A DNA stretch of 55,880 nucleotides from an uncultured Candidatus Saccharibacteria bacterium (GTDB taxonomy: Bacteria; Patescibacteriota; Minisyncoccia; Phycocordibacterales; DSPV01): assembly GCA_964616075.1 (NCBI GenBank), contig CAZTRA010000002.1, positions 40,473 through 96,352 of the forward strand, given 5' to 3'. Position 1 is the stretch's first letter. Every line of letters begins with the position of its first letter. Made by a program: the position numbers and the translations under genes. The notes beneath the pieces were generated by a model. That model was given only the letters and a program-made list of their open reading frames with translations, made no database searches and was not told where the DNA came from. Below, piece after piece: positions 7,378-16,199 of this stretch.

Positions 7378-8460
7378 TTGTTTTTTTGGTATGAATACGT
7401 GGTGAAAAAGGAATATGTTTTTTCCGAGTATGATTACACACTACCTGATGAGCTCATTGCGCGGGTCCCTGTAGAGCCGCGAGATGCTGCGCGTTTGTTT
7501 GTGTATGATACTCGTACGGACACTGTCGTCTTCTCTACGTTTTCACAGATTGGAACTTATCTACCAATTCATTCGCTGCTCGTGTTGAACGATACGACGG
7601 TGTTGCCCGCACGGGTCACGCTTACCAAGCGTACGGGCGGCTCTGTTAAGGTACTTTTTTTGGTGAATGAGTGGAATCGTGATGAAGGGATTATACGCGG
7701 CATGGTGAATAAAGGAGTGCGGGTTGGTGAGAGTCTCGCGTTTCCTTCAGGAGAAATGGTGACGGTGCGTGCTCACGATGCGCAGTATTTTACCTTCTCT
7801 GTTGATGTTTCCTTTGAGATTTTTCTTTCTTTGTTACACACATACGGCACAACACCCTTGCCGCACTATCTAGGTGCGCCATATACAGAGGAGCACATGG
7901 TACGGCAACGTTATCAGGCTGTGTTTGCTGCGGGTGGTGCATCGGCAGCGGCACCAACCGCGTCGCTTCACTTCACCAATGATTTGTTACAACAATTGCA
8001 GCGCGTGGGAGTGCGCACGGCACGCGTTCGCCTTGATGTAGGATTAGGAACGTTTGCGCCGGTGACGAAAGAGCAGGTGGCAAAGGGGGTGTTACATACG
8101 GAGCGTTTCGATGTTCCCTTGGCAGCGGCACAAAGGATTGCAGAAGCGAAACATGCGCATATGCCGGTTGTGTGTGTGGGAACAACCGCGATTCGAACGG
8201 TTGAATCAAATGCCACAGCACTGCTGAATGGGAAAGCGTGTGCTGGACGCACAAACCTCTTTATACGACCAGGGTTTCGTTTTGAGGTGGCTGACATGTT
8301 GGTCACCAATTTTCACTTACCTAATACCTCTCTCATGGCCCTCGTTGATGCGTTTTTGGTGTACAAAGGTGCCCCGCGACGTATTCTTGATTTGTATCAG
8401 GTCGCTATAGAAAATAAGTTTCGTTTTTACTCATTTGGTGATGCGATGCTGGTTTTGTAA
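7378..8460 (+). CDS. queA: S-adenosylmethionine:tRNA ribosyltransferase-isomerase.
   Basis: YDYTLPDELIARVPVEPRDAARLFV at the N-terminus and LVTNFHLPNTSLMALVDAF near the C-terminus are typical QueA motifs. The start is uncertain: TTG 7378 in the track, with GTG 7399 or 7402 equally plausible. Confidence 0.85.
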   Translation: MFFWYEYVVKKEYVFSEYDYTLPDELIARVPVEPRDAARLFVYDTRTDTVVFSTFSQIGTYLPIHSLLVLNDTTVLPARVTLTKRTGGSVKVLFLVNEWNRDEGIIRGMVNKGVRVGESLAFPSGEMVTVRAHDAQYFTFSVDVSFEIFLSLLHTYGTTPLPHYLGAPYTEEHMVRQRYQAVFAAGGASAAAPTASLHFTNDLLQQLQRVGVRTARVRLDVGLGTFAPVTKEQVAKGVLHTERFDVPLAAAQRIAEAKHAHMPVVCVGTTAIRTVESNATALLNGKACAGRTNLFIRPGFRFEVADMLVTNFHLPNTSLMALVDAFLVYKGAPRRILDLYQVAIENKFRFYSFGDAMLVL

Positions 8461-8573
8461 AACATGTATTTCCTGTGCTTGTTATAGGTAAAAGGTATAA
8501 CTGTTCCCGCATGGCTTTATTTGAGTACTTTAAGGAGCAACTGGTTTCTTGTGGGACAGTGCTCCAAATATGC

Positions 8574-8603
8574 TTGACAGATTAGTATTATTTATGTTAT
8601 TAT
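8574..8603 (+). promoter_or_regulatory. Putative sigma70 promoter for the 8746 gene.
   Basis: TTGACA (8574..8579), an 18-nt spacer, then TATTAT (8598..8603). Confidence 0.5.
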
Positions 8604-8635
8604 TTATACGAATAGTACATTAAAACATAAGTGAA

Positions 8636-8686
8636 TTCGTCACAGCTTCGAGCGCCGTTTCAAACGACTCTCAAAGCTGTGACGAA
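8636..8686 (+). promoter_or_regulatory. 5'UTR stem-loop with a 13-bp perfect stem.
   Basis: TTCGTCACAGCTT (8636..8648) pairs with AAGCTGTGACGAA (8674..8686). A GAAGGA motif lies 7 nt before the ATG at 8746. Confidence 0.7.
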
Positions 8687-8745
8687 GAGTCCAGTAAAAA
8701 ACTAACACGTTTGAAAGAACACGTTATACCAAAGAAGGAATATCT

Positions 8746-9345
8746 ATGGCAGAGACTAATTTTGTGATGTCTGTTCGTCAGGCATCCGAACTGGATCACG
8801 CTTTCGCGCGTAATGGATGGACGGCTGATATGGTGAAGACCTTATCACAGGGGGATATGCTCGGCCGAGTTTTGTCAGTCATCTTGGGTGATGCTGCGAT
8901 AAGGCCGATTCAGAGGATCATTGATTGTGATTCTCCAGCATTTGTGCCAGAAGGGTGGCAGATACTACCCGATACAGAGCAGTTACCTCAGAGATTATTG
9001 GGAAAAATTCATTTTGATCCCCAGAATTTGGATTTGTATCTCCCTCTTGTCCAGCAGATGAATGGTCTCGTGGGAGAACACCTCTTGAAACTCTTGAAGG
9101 ACAGTGAAGTAAGGGTCTATACGGCCCATGTGCTTGATTATCTGCTTGCAAATCAGCACCTTATTCCTCAAGGTAAGGGGTGGAAAAAGAAGCAACTCTT
9201 TTTTTGGGGAACATTGTATCTTCATGAGAATGGCTTTGTGTGCGTAAGGTACTTGTATTGGAACAGTATGGAGTGGGTATGGTCTTATTACGCCCTCAAC
9301 GTTATGTTGGAGGAAAATGACCCGGCGGCGGTTGTGCCTGTATAA
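8746..9345 (+). CDS. Hypothetical protein, divergent member of the orphan family.
   Basis: The C-terminal part (LFFWGTLYLHENGFVCVRYLYWNSMEWVWSYYAL...DPAAVVPV) mirrors the FFLF..FFVA...W...VVP layout of the 4049 and 38688 products. Confidence 0.7.
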   Translation: MAETNFVMSVRQASELDHAFARNGWTADMVKTLSQGDMLGRVLSVILGDAAIRPIQRIIDCDSPAFVPEGWQILPDTEQLPQRLLGKIHFDPQNLDLYLPLVQQMNGLVGEHLLKLLKDSEVRVYTAHVLDYLLANQHLIPQGKGWKKKQLFFWGTLYLHENGFVCVRYLYWNSMEWVWSYYALNVMLEENDPAAVVPV

Positions 9346-9354
9346 GTACTTTTT

Positions 9355-9384
9355 AGCCCTGCGTATTTCTGCGCAGGGCTTTTT
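9355..9384 (+). terminator. Rho-independent terminator.
   Basis: AGCCCTGCG-loop-CGCAGGGCT followed by TTTT. Confidence 0.85.
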
Positions 9385-9572
9385 ATATACAGTGTAAAAT
9401 TGTGGGATGGTGGTAAGTGAATATACGAGCGGTTATGGCTTCTTGTTACTATCGTTACGGCGACTGCCAAGAGAAGAATGTTTAAGAAATTAAGCAAAGA
9501 GATTAAGTTGTAAAGGGCAAATTCATATTTTTGGTTACTTTTGTTCAGGAATATATGTAACTTGTTAAAAGA

Positions 9573-9600
9573 TGTAACAAATCTCACTTTCCATGCGTTC
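9573..9600 (+). promoter_or_regulatory. Candidate ECF-type (autoregulated) promoter: TGTAAC-N17-CGTTC.
   Basis: TGTAAC (9573..9578), 17 nt, then CGTTC (9596..9600). This resembles the Bacillus sigmaX/sigmaW-type consensus (TGTAAC/TGAAAC ... CGAC/CGTA). A second TGTAAC lies at 9556..9561. Confidence 0.4.
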
Positions 9601-9647
9601 TATATATGTAGAAGGTCGACATTAATAGCACGGGTAACGCGAACGGC

Positions 9648-9689
9648 CCGCCGCCGTATCATCAAAATTTTGTAAGGATACGGCGGCGG
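9648..9689 (+). promoter_or_regulatory. GC-rich 13-bp stem-loop in the leader of the ECF sigma gene.
   Basis: CCGCCGCCGTATC (9648..9660) pairs with GATACGGCGGCGG (9677..9689). Confidence 0.7.
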
Positions 9690-9731
9690 AACGATGCTCC
9701 CAAGGAAGGGCAGTATGGAAGTATTGTAACG

Positions 9732-10325
9732 ATGAATAATGTATCACACACACAAGATGTTATAACTGATGAGGATGCGTATATGCTTTCTGGTGAAAAA
9801 CCAGAAATCTTCACGGTTATTTTTGATCGCTACGTGGATGGTTTTGTTCGTCGCGCAACGTACATTTTAGGTGACAAACACGAAGCGCAGGATGCGGCGC
9901 AGGAAGCGTTCATTCGTTTATATGGTGCCGCCAATCGGTATGTACCGCGGCGTGATGTTCCGTTTAAATCATTTGCGTACCGTGTCCTTTTGAACACATG
10001 TATTTCAATGATTCGCAGGAAGAGTGCGCGTCCCTCGGTACAACTCTCAGAGGAATTTGAAGCACTTATTAAAGATGATGCATCGACTGACCAGTTTGAA
10101 AACTATGTTGCGCACGATTGGTTGGCGTCGCTCGTCGCCCGATTGCCTGGGTCGCTCGCCAAGACTGTGAAGGCGGTCATCTTTTTTGGTAAGACAATTA
10201 CAGACGTGGCAGCTGAAGAGGGGATATCTGAGGGTGCTGTACGGGTGCGTCTGACTCGAGCAACCAAAGAGTTAAGAAAATTTGCACTTTCGCTACAACA
10301 GGTTGATTATGGAAATAATGAATAA
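9732..10325 (+). CDS. ECF-family RNA polymerase sigma factor (sigma-70 regions 2 and 4).
   Basis: Region 2-like: FDRYVDGFVRRATYILGDKHEAQDAAQEAFIRLY. Region 4 HTH-like: ITDVAAEEGISEGAVRVRLTRATKELRK. Confidence 0.85.
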   Translation: MNNVSHTQDVITDEDAYMLSGEKPEIFTVIFDRYVDGFVRRATYILGDKHEAQDAAQEAFIRLYGAANRYVPRRDVPFKSFAYRVLLNTCISMIRRKSARPSVQLSEEFEALIKDDASTDQFENYVAHDWLASLVARLPGSLAKTVKAVIFFGKTITDVAAEEGISEGAVRVRLTRATKELRKFALSLQQVDYGNNE

Positions 10326-10686
10326 CACTTACAATCAAGATCTTTATCAGTCGATGCGATCACGTGTGTGCCGTCGAACGTCATTTTTGTATGCGACAAA
10401 ACTCGTCGCGCATGCTATGCGTCGGGCAGGTTTTATTTTTATTGTATTACTCGCGCTGTCCCCATTGTGTGAGCTTATGGGACTTATGTCTGTTGAACAT
10501 GTATTTCAGAATGCAACGCGTACACGTGGCGTGGGAGAGTTTTTTGATTTTTTCTCATCAGCATTTATTAATACAGAGTTTGAGTTGCAGCTGTTGGTTG
10601 GAGCCGCAACCATTTTGTTCAGCGGAGTATTGGTATTATTTGTACGTGATTTTTTCAAGAGAAAAATGGTTTTTTCAACATTGTAG
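10309..10686 (+). CDS. Two-TM membrane protein, candidate anti-sigma factor (by position only).
   Basis: It overlaps the sigma gene's stop (ATG 10309 or 10318, both in frame with the track ORF 10282). It has two hydrophobic helices and no zinc-binding anti-sigma HxxxCxxC motif. Confidence 0.45.
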   Translation: MEIMNNTYNQDLYQSMRSRVCRRTSFLYATKLVAHAMRRAGFIFIVLLALSPLCELMGLMSVEHVFQNATRTRGVGEFFDFFSSAFINTEFELQLLVGAATILFSGVLVLFVRDFFKRKMVFSTL

Positions 10687-10764
10687 AGGATATTCTGCAT
10701 ATTCTTGCAGTCTTTGTTATAATGAACTTATTAACCGCGTTGTACGCGGGATTTCTTTAACTAC

Positions 10765-11961
10765 ATGCACACACATTATCTAATTCGTTTGTTAGGTTTA
10801 CTCAGTATTATTGTTTTTCTTATTCCCCACACGGGCAATGCTGCTATCGTTGGTCGTGGTGGCGGAGATACCGTGACTTATGTGTTGCCAGCTGACACAA
10901 TTATTTATGATGACTTTTATGTTACTAACGAAAAGGTATCACTTTTTGGTTCTGTTGAAGGTGATGCATCTGTCTTTGCAAAAGATATTGCCTCCGCGGG
11001 GTCTGTAGAGCAGGATGCGCTTTTTGTTGGTGTTACCGTATTGTCCGGCGGTGAAGTGGGTGACGATCTTCGTATTGTTGCCGCTCAAGCAGATGTCGAA
11101 ACACCTGTCACAAGTGATTTGGTATTTGTTGGAGGCGAGCTTACCGTTGCGCAAGCTGCCTCTGTTACAGGTGGTGTGCTTGCCGTTGGAGATCGTATTA
11201 CGATACGGGGCGATGTGTCTGGTGATATTAAGGTTATTGGTAATACGGTCCACATAGACTCATTTGTTGGCGGTTCAATAAAAGTATTTGCTCAAGAAAA
11301 GGTTACCTTTGGCCCCCACGCGCAAGTGGTAGGTGATGTGGTGTGGATGGGGGATGCTGCGCCAATGATAGATGAGAATGCTTTTGTTCTTGGTTCAATC
11401 CATCAATCAGCTATCGCAGAATTGCTTCCTAGTGGGAAGTCGAGATCATTACGATTTGTTTCTTTGTTTGCTGCAACGCAAGCGCTCGCCGTACTCTTCT
11501 TTCTTTTTGTGTTTGGATTTTTCTCACCGTATGGCATGTCTCGTTTCGTGTCACTGGCAAGTACTATACGTACTCTTGCACGGTCAGTACTTATTGGTGT
11601 GGTAGGGAGCTTGTTCCTCTTTATAATTGGCTTGATACTCTTGTTTTCTGTTGCGGGTACTTTGGTGGGCATCGTGTTGCTACTTATTCTTGCGCTTCTC
11701 TGTGTGTGGGCAATTGCGGGGGCGAACGTGTTGCTTGGTAAAACACTGTTTGTGCTTGTGGTTCATACACAAGAGAGAGAGGAACCTCTATGGAAACTGG
11801 TGTTTGCTGGCGTGGTAGGTATGCTGTTACTTTCGGCGGTGCCGATTATTGGACCGTTAATCTTTGTCTTTTTCTTCCTGGCATCGCTGGGTGGGGCGTT
11901 GCAGGGTATTAATGTACTGCGAAAAGATCCACAGCAATTAGTTATAACGTCGGTACAATAA
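10765..11961 (+). CDS. Membrane protein with an N-terminal signal-like segment, a bactofilin-like repetitive beta-helix region, and a C-terminal polytopic anchor.
   Basis: The signal-like segment is LLGLLSIIVFLIPHTGNAA. Roughly 190 aa follow with reiterated V/I-x-G-D/G-V motifs (GSVEGDASVF, GGEVGDDLRIV, GDVSGDIKVIG, VVGDVVWMG). Four to five hydrophobic helices follow from about residue 235. Confidence 0.6.
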   Translation: MHTHYLIRLLGLLSIIVFLIPHTGNAAIVGRGGGDTVTYVLPADTIIYDDFYVTNEKVSLFGSVEGDASVFAKDIASAGSVEQDALFVGVTVLSGGEVGDDLRIVAAQADVETPVTSDLVFVGGELTVAQAASVTGGVLAVGDRITIRGDVSGDIKVIGNTVHIDSFVGGSIKVFAQEKVTFGPHAQVVGDVVWMGDAAPMIDENAFVLGSIHQSAIAELLPSGKSRSLRFVSLFAATQALAVLFFLFVFGFFSPYGMSRFVSLASTIRTLARSVLIGVVGSLFLFIIGLILLFSVAGTLVGIVLLLILALLCVWAIAGANVLLGKTLFVLVVHTQEREEPLWKLVFAGVVGMLLLSAVPIIGPLIFVFFFLASLGGALQGINVLRKDPQQLVITSVQ

Positions 11962-11970
11962 ATTACGCTC

Positions 11971-13527
11971 ATGTCACATTTCTCGCCTCTGCTTCGTTTG
12001 AAAATTATACTCCCCGTTATTTGTGTTGTGGTGATTGTGTTTGTGTTGCTTAATCGTGGGGGTAGTGGTGTTGATCTTGAAAATACAGTCGTGGTTACCC
12101 GAGGAGACCTTGTGCAGACAGTGTCTGTTACGGGGCGGGTTATTCCGGCAAAAGATGCGTCATTGGCCTTTGAGCGATCAGGAAAGGTTGCTTCTGTGGC
12201 TGTACGTGTTGGTGATGTGGTGACAGCGGGCAAGACACTCGTTCGACTTGAAAATGCTGATGCGGTTGCGGCAGTACTACAGGCTGAGGCTCTGGCAAAA
12301 GTCGCCAGCGCTCAATTTGCAGAAGTGCAGCGTGGTAGTCGGCCGGAGGAAATTACGCTTGCAGAAGTGAAAGTAAAAAATGCCACACAAACACGACTCG
12401 ATGCTTTGCAAGGATTGGCTGATAGTGTGCAACAGGCGTATACGTATGCTGATGATGCGGTTCGTAACAAAGCAGATCAATTTTTTAATAACCCGAGTAG
12501 TGATACGCCACAACTTACCGTACCAGTTTCTGATTTTCAGTTAAAAACAGATATTCAAACGGCCCGGTATGTGCTGATCTCATTGTTGACAACGTGGAAG
12601 GCTGCGGTACAACAAGGAGTAGAAGAGGCTGAACTTATTACCCTTTCCAATAGGAGCGTTACGTACCTTTCCAGTGTGCAAGTGTTTCTTGATAAGGTCT
12701 CGATCGCTATTAATGCATTGACCGCTAATTCAACACTTACTCAAACAACCATTGATGGTTACAAAGCGAGTATTGCCACTGCGCGTACGAATGTGAATGC
12801 GGCAACTGATACACTCAACACGGCTATTTCGGCCCTTAATACCACAGATTCAAATATAGCAGTAGCTCAACAAGAACTTGTGCTTAAAAAAGCGGGGTCA
12901 ACAAAAGATGCTATTGCTGCGGCGCAAGCCAAAGTTGCTGAGGCCGATGCGGCGGTATTGAATGCGCAGGCGCAATTAGCAAAAACTTACCTCACAGCTC
13001 CGTTTAGTGGAATAGTAACGAAGGTTGATGCTAAAGTAGGTGAAATAGCTTCGGCAAATACCCCGCAAATTTTTCTCATAAGTGGCGGCGAATTTGAGAT
13101 TGAGGCAAATATTCCTGAAGCTGATATTGCAAAACTTGCAGTCGGTGATCAGGCGCAAACAACACTCGACGCGTACGGGTCTGATGTGGTGTTTGTTTCG
13201 CACGTCTCACGTATTGATCCAGCAGAAACAATTGTTGATAATGTTGCGACGTATAAAGTCACCTTGCGTTTTGCGGCCGCTGATGCGCGTATCAAATCTG
13301 GTATGACCGCCAATATTGATGTGCTCACCGAGGAAAGGAAGGGTGCTCTTGCGGTGCCGGTTCGAGCCGTGCAGAGTAGGACGAATGGAGAAAAATATGT
13401 TCGTGTCGTCGATGTTGTTGGTGATGTTGTTGAACGTACTGTTGCTACTGGTATTCGAGCAGAGGGAGGACTTATAGAGATTCTCTCAGGTCTTACCGAA
13501 GGTGAGCGAGTCTCTTTGTCTAGATAG
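11971..13527 (+). CDS. HlyD/MacA-family periplasmic adaptor (membrane fusion protein) with a long coiled-coil hairpin.
   Basis: It has an N-terminal TM segment and a lipoyl-like motif. An Ala/Gln-rich coiled-coil region follows, then LTAPFSGIVTKVDAKVGE and a beta-barrel C-terminus typical of the family. Confidence 0.8.
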   Translation: MSHFSPLLRLKIILPVICVVVIVFVLLNRGGSGVDLENTVVVTRGDLVQTVSVTGRVIPAKDASLAFERSGKVASVAVRVGDVVTAGKTLVRLENADAVAAVLQAEALAKVASAQFAEVQRGSRPEEITLAEVKVKNATQTRLDALQGLADSVQQAYTYADDAVRNKADQFFNNPSSDTPQLTVPVSDFQLKTDIQTARYVLISLLTTWKAAVQQGVEEAELITLSNRSVTYLSSVQVFLDKVSIAINALTANSTLTQTTIDGYKASIATARTNVNAATDTLNTAISALNTTDSNIAVAQQELVLKKAGSTKDAIAAAQAKVAEADAAVLNAQAQLAKTYLTAPFSGIVTKVDAKVGEIASANTPQIFLISGGEFEIEANIPEADIAKLAVGDQAQTTLDAYGSDVVFVSHVSRIDPAETIVDNVATYKVTLRFAAADARIKSGMTANIDVLTEERKGALAVPVRAVQSRTNGEKYVRVVDVVGDVVERTVATGIRAEGGLIEILSGLTEGERVSLSR

Positions 13528-13534
13528 ATATTTC

Positions 13535-14791
13535 ATGGCAATTACAAAGGATATACGGGTCGGTTGGTTTTTGGCGGTACGCGGATTGCGTCGTTCAAGT
13601 CTTTGGACGAGCAGCCTTATCGTGATTGTTATGACGCTCACCTTTCTTAATCTTGTGGTAGTTGCTGGTATCTTAGTCGGTTTAATTGATGGTATTGGCG
13701 TGACTTATCGTGATGCATACAATGGCGATGTGTTTGTGAGTCGCCAAATTGAAAAGACGTATATTGAAGGAACGACTGATATTGAGCGTATGATTGCACG
13801 CGCGCCTGGTGTGGTTGGGTGGAGTACTCGCTTTTTGGGAAGTGCTACTCTTCAGGCTGATTACAAGACGAGAACAAGACTTTCTGATGTCCCTGATCAA
13901 GTAAGTGCAGCGATATCTGGTATAGATGCTGATGCAGAGGATTTGGTTACTAATTTGTCCGCATATGTGATTGAGGGTGAATATCTTGATCCATCAGACG
14001 AAGATAAGGTTTTGGTTGGTTCAAATCTTTTTCACAAGTATATGTCATTTGAGAGTCCAGATTTTCGTACTTTAAAAGGTGCAGATTTGGGTTCAAAGGT
14101 GCGACTCACTATCGGAACATCTTCTCGTGAGGTTATTATCAAAGGTATTCTTAAGTCAAAATTAGACGAAATTGATCGGCGTATTTTTATGTCTGACCGA
14201 GTGGTACGGAAGCTTATTGGGCGAAATGATTTAAATGCGAGTGAAATCGCCATTCGAATTGATCGAGATATGTTTGATCCTGCTGAAACTAAAGCGTTTT
14301 TGTTGGCAGCGGGAGCAGATCGTACCGCGCGTGTGCAATTGGCTGAAGAAGGAGAACCTGATTTCGTAAAAGATATCAAAGCAGCATTTTCTTTGCTAGG
14401 TAATGTGATCGGTTCAGTTGGCATTGTTGTGGCGTCGATCACTATTTTTATTGTTATTTTTGTTAATGCCATTACGCGCCGTAAATATATTGGCATCATG
14501 AAAGGTATTGGTGTTTCTCGTTTGGCAATTGAGACTTCGTACATATTCCAGTCTCTTTTTTATGCGGTTGTTGGTACTGGTATCGGATTATTTATTCTCT
14601 ATACCTTATTGGTTCCTTATTTTGCAGCACATCCGATTGATTTTCCGTTTTCAGACGGCATTCTCGTTGCTCCCATCGATGAGACAAGTATACGGGTGCT
14701 TATATTATTATGTGCCACTCTCATTGCGGGGTATGTGCCGGCTCGTATTGTGGTGAAACAAAATACACTCGACGCTATTTTAGGACGCTAA
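13535..14791 (+). CDS. ABC transporter permease, FtsX/MacB type.
   Basis: The layout is TM1, a large extracytoplasmic domain, then three C-terminal TMs carrying an FtsX-domain motif (RRKYIGIMKGIGVSRLAI). The start is ATG 13535 (MAITKDIR). Confidence 0.8.
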   Translation: MAITKDIRVGWFLAVRGLRRSSLWTSSLIVIVMTLTFLNLVVVAGILVGLIDGIGVTYRDAYNGDVFVSRQIEKTYIEGTTDIERMIARAPGVVGWSTRFLGSATLQADYKTRTRLSDVPDQVSAAISGIDADAEDLVTNLSAYVIEGEYLDPSDEDKVLVGSNLFHKYMSFESPDFRTLKGADLGSKVRLTIGTSSREVIIKGILKSKLDEIDRRIFMSDRVVRKLIGRNDLNASEIAIRIDRDMFDPAETKAFLLAAGADRTARVQLAEEGEPDFVKDIKAAFSLLGNVIGSVGIVVASITIFIVIFVNAITRRKYIGIMKGIGVSRLAIETSYIFQSLFYAVVGTGIGLFILYTLLVPYFAAHPIDFPFSDGILVAPIDETSIRVLILLCATLIAGYVPARIVVKQNTLDAILGR

Positions 14792-14792
14792 T

Positions 14793-15455
14793 ATGATTTC
14801 TATTCGTAACTTAACCAAGACATATAAAAAAGGGGTAGTGGAAACCCATGTGCTTAAAGGAGTGAACCTTGATATTCAAAAAGGAGAATTTGTCGCTATT
14901 ATGGGAAAGTCAGGTGCCGGCAAATCAACCCTGTTGTACCAAATGAGTTTACTTGATCATCCTAGTAGTGGAGAGATCATTGTTGATGGGGTTAATACAG
15001 AGCGATTGAGCCATGAACAGCGAACTACTTTTCGTTTAGAGCGACTCGGGTATGTGTTTCAGGACTATGCATTATTACCTGAATTGACCGCTCGTGAAAA
15101 TGTCATGTTGCCGATGTATATGCAAGGTCTTGATAAGCGAGTTGCTGTAGAAAAAGCAGAGCGCGCATTGGTATCTGTTGGTTTAGGACATCGGTTTGGT
15201 AATTTACCTAGTCAGTTGTCCGGCGGAGAACAGCAACGTGTGGGTGTGGCGCGCGCGATTGCTCACGCGCCAAAAATTTTGTTTGCGGATGAGCCAACCG
15301 CAAACCTTGATAATGAGGCGAGCAAGGTGGTCATGGGTATTTTTGATACGTTACATCGCACAGGACAGACCATTATTATGGTGACGCACGAAGAAGAATA
15401 TGGCGACGTTGCCGATCGTATTGTTCGGTTGGACGATGGGAAAATAGTGTCGTAG
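14793..15455 (+). CDS. ABC transporter ATP-binding protein (MacB/LolD-like).
   Basis: Walker A GKSGAGKST, signature LSGGEQQRV and Walker B ILFADEPT. Confidence 0.9.
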   Translation: MISIRNLTKTYKKGVVETHVLKGVNLDIQKGEFVAIMGKSGAGKSTLLYQMSLLDHPSSGEIIVDGVNTERLSHEQRTTFRLERLGYVFQDYALLPELTARENVMLPMYMQGLDKRVAVEKAERALVSVGLGHRFGNLPSQLSGGEQQRVGVARAIAHAPKILFADEPTANLDNEASKVVMGIFDTLHRTGQTIIMVTHEEEYGDVADRIVRLDDGKIVS

Positions 15456-15475
15456 TGTCGTGGTAGTATTGGCGT

Positions 15476-16195
15476 ATGCAAGATCCGGTTATTGAGGTTG
15501 AGCAACTGACAAAAACATTCGGCGAGGGTGAGAGCGTCACGCGCGCACTTGAGCATGTTTCTTTTAAAATATTTCCTGGAGAATTTGTAGCAGTGATGGG
15601 TCCTTCTGGATCTGGTAAATCAACCTTGCTGCATATCATCGGATTTCTTGATAGTCAGACTTCGGGTAAGTACCGTTTCGAAGGTATGGATGTGGCCGAT
15701 TTTTCAGCAGAGGAAATCGCTCGTATACGTAATACTAAAGTTGGATTTATTTTTCAGGCGTTTAATTTGTTGCCGCGTCTCTCGGTGCTTGAAAATATTG
15801 AGTTGCCCCTCCATTACTCTACAATAGCGCCGTCTGAGTGGCGTGGTCGAGCGTTGAAAGCGGCTGAATCAGTTGGTTTATCCCATCGTTTGAACGCGTT
15901 TCCAACAACACTTTCCGGAGGAGAAAAACAGCGAGTAGCGATTGCGCGTGCGCTTGTGAATAACCCCTCGGTTATTTTTGCCGATGAACCGACAGGAAAC
16001 TTAGATAGCAAGTCGGGGAAGACAGTTATGCAAATCATTCGAAAACTAAATGATGAAGGGCACACGGTGATATTAATTACCCACGAAACGTATACGGCAG
16101 AAAACGCGAAACGAATCATTCGTCTTAAGGATGGCGTTATTGAGTCGGATACGGTAGTTAATCAGCGGGTATCTTTAGACCAGTACACCAAATAA
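15476..16195 (+). CDS. ABC transporter ATP-binding protein (MacB/LolD-like), second copy.
   Basis: Walker A GPSGSGKST, signature LSGGEKQRV and Walker B VIFADEPT. Confidence 0.9.
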   Translation: MQDPVIEVEQLTKTFGEGESVTRALEHVSFKIFPGEFVAVMGPSGSGKSTLLHIIGFLDSQTSGKYRFEGMDVADFSAEEIARIRNTKVGFIFQAFNLLPRLSVLENIELPLHYSTIAPSEWRGRALKAAESVGLSHRLNAFPTTLSGGEKQRVAIARALVNNPSVIFADEPTGNLDSKSGKTVMQIIRKLNDEGHTVILITHETYTAENAKRIIRLKDGVIESDTVVNQRVSLDQYTK

Positions 16196-16199
16196 TCAT

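Noticed and set aside
6797-7441. A 214-aa minus-strand ORF covering the whole 6807..7361 gene.
   Set aside because: Its product is low-complexity (Pro/Ser/Thr/Ala/Asn-rich) and looks like the mirror image of a hydrophobic membrane protein. The plus-strand ORF has clean TM segments and fits the co-oriented gene row.
9288-9587. A 99-aa minus-strand ORF in the queA/ECF intergenic region.
   Set aside because: It runs through the terminator and 3' end of the 8746 gene and through the proposed ECF promoter. It has no start context or recognisable motif.
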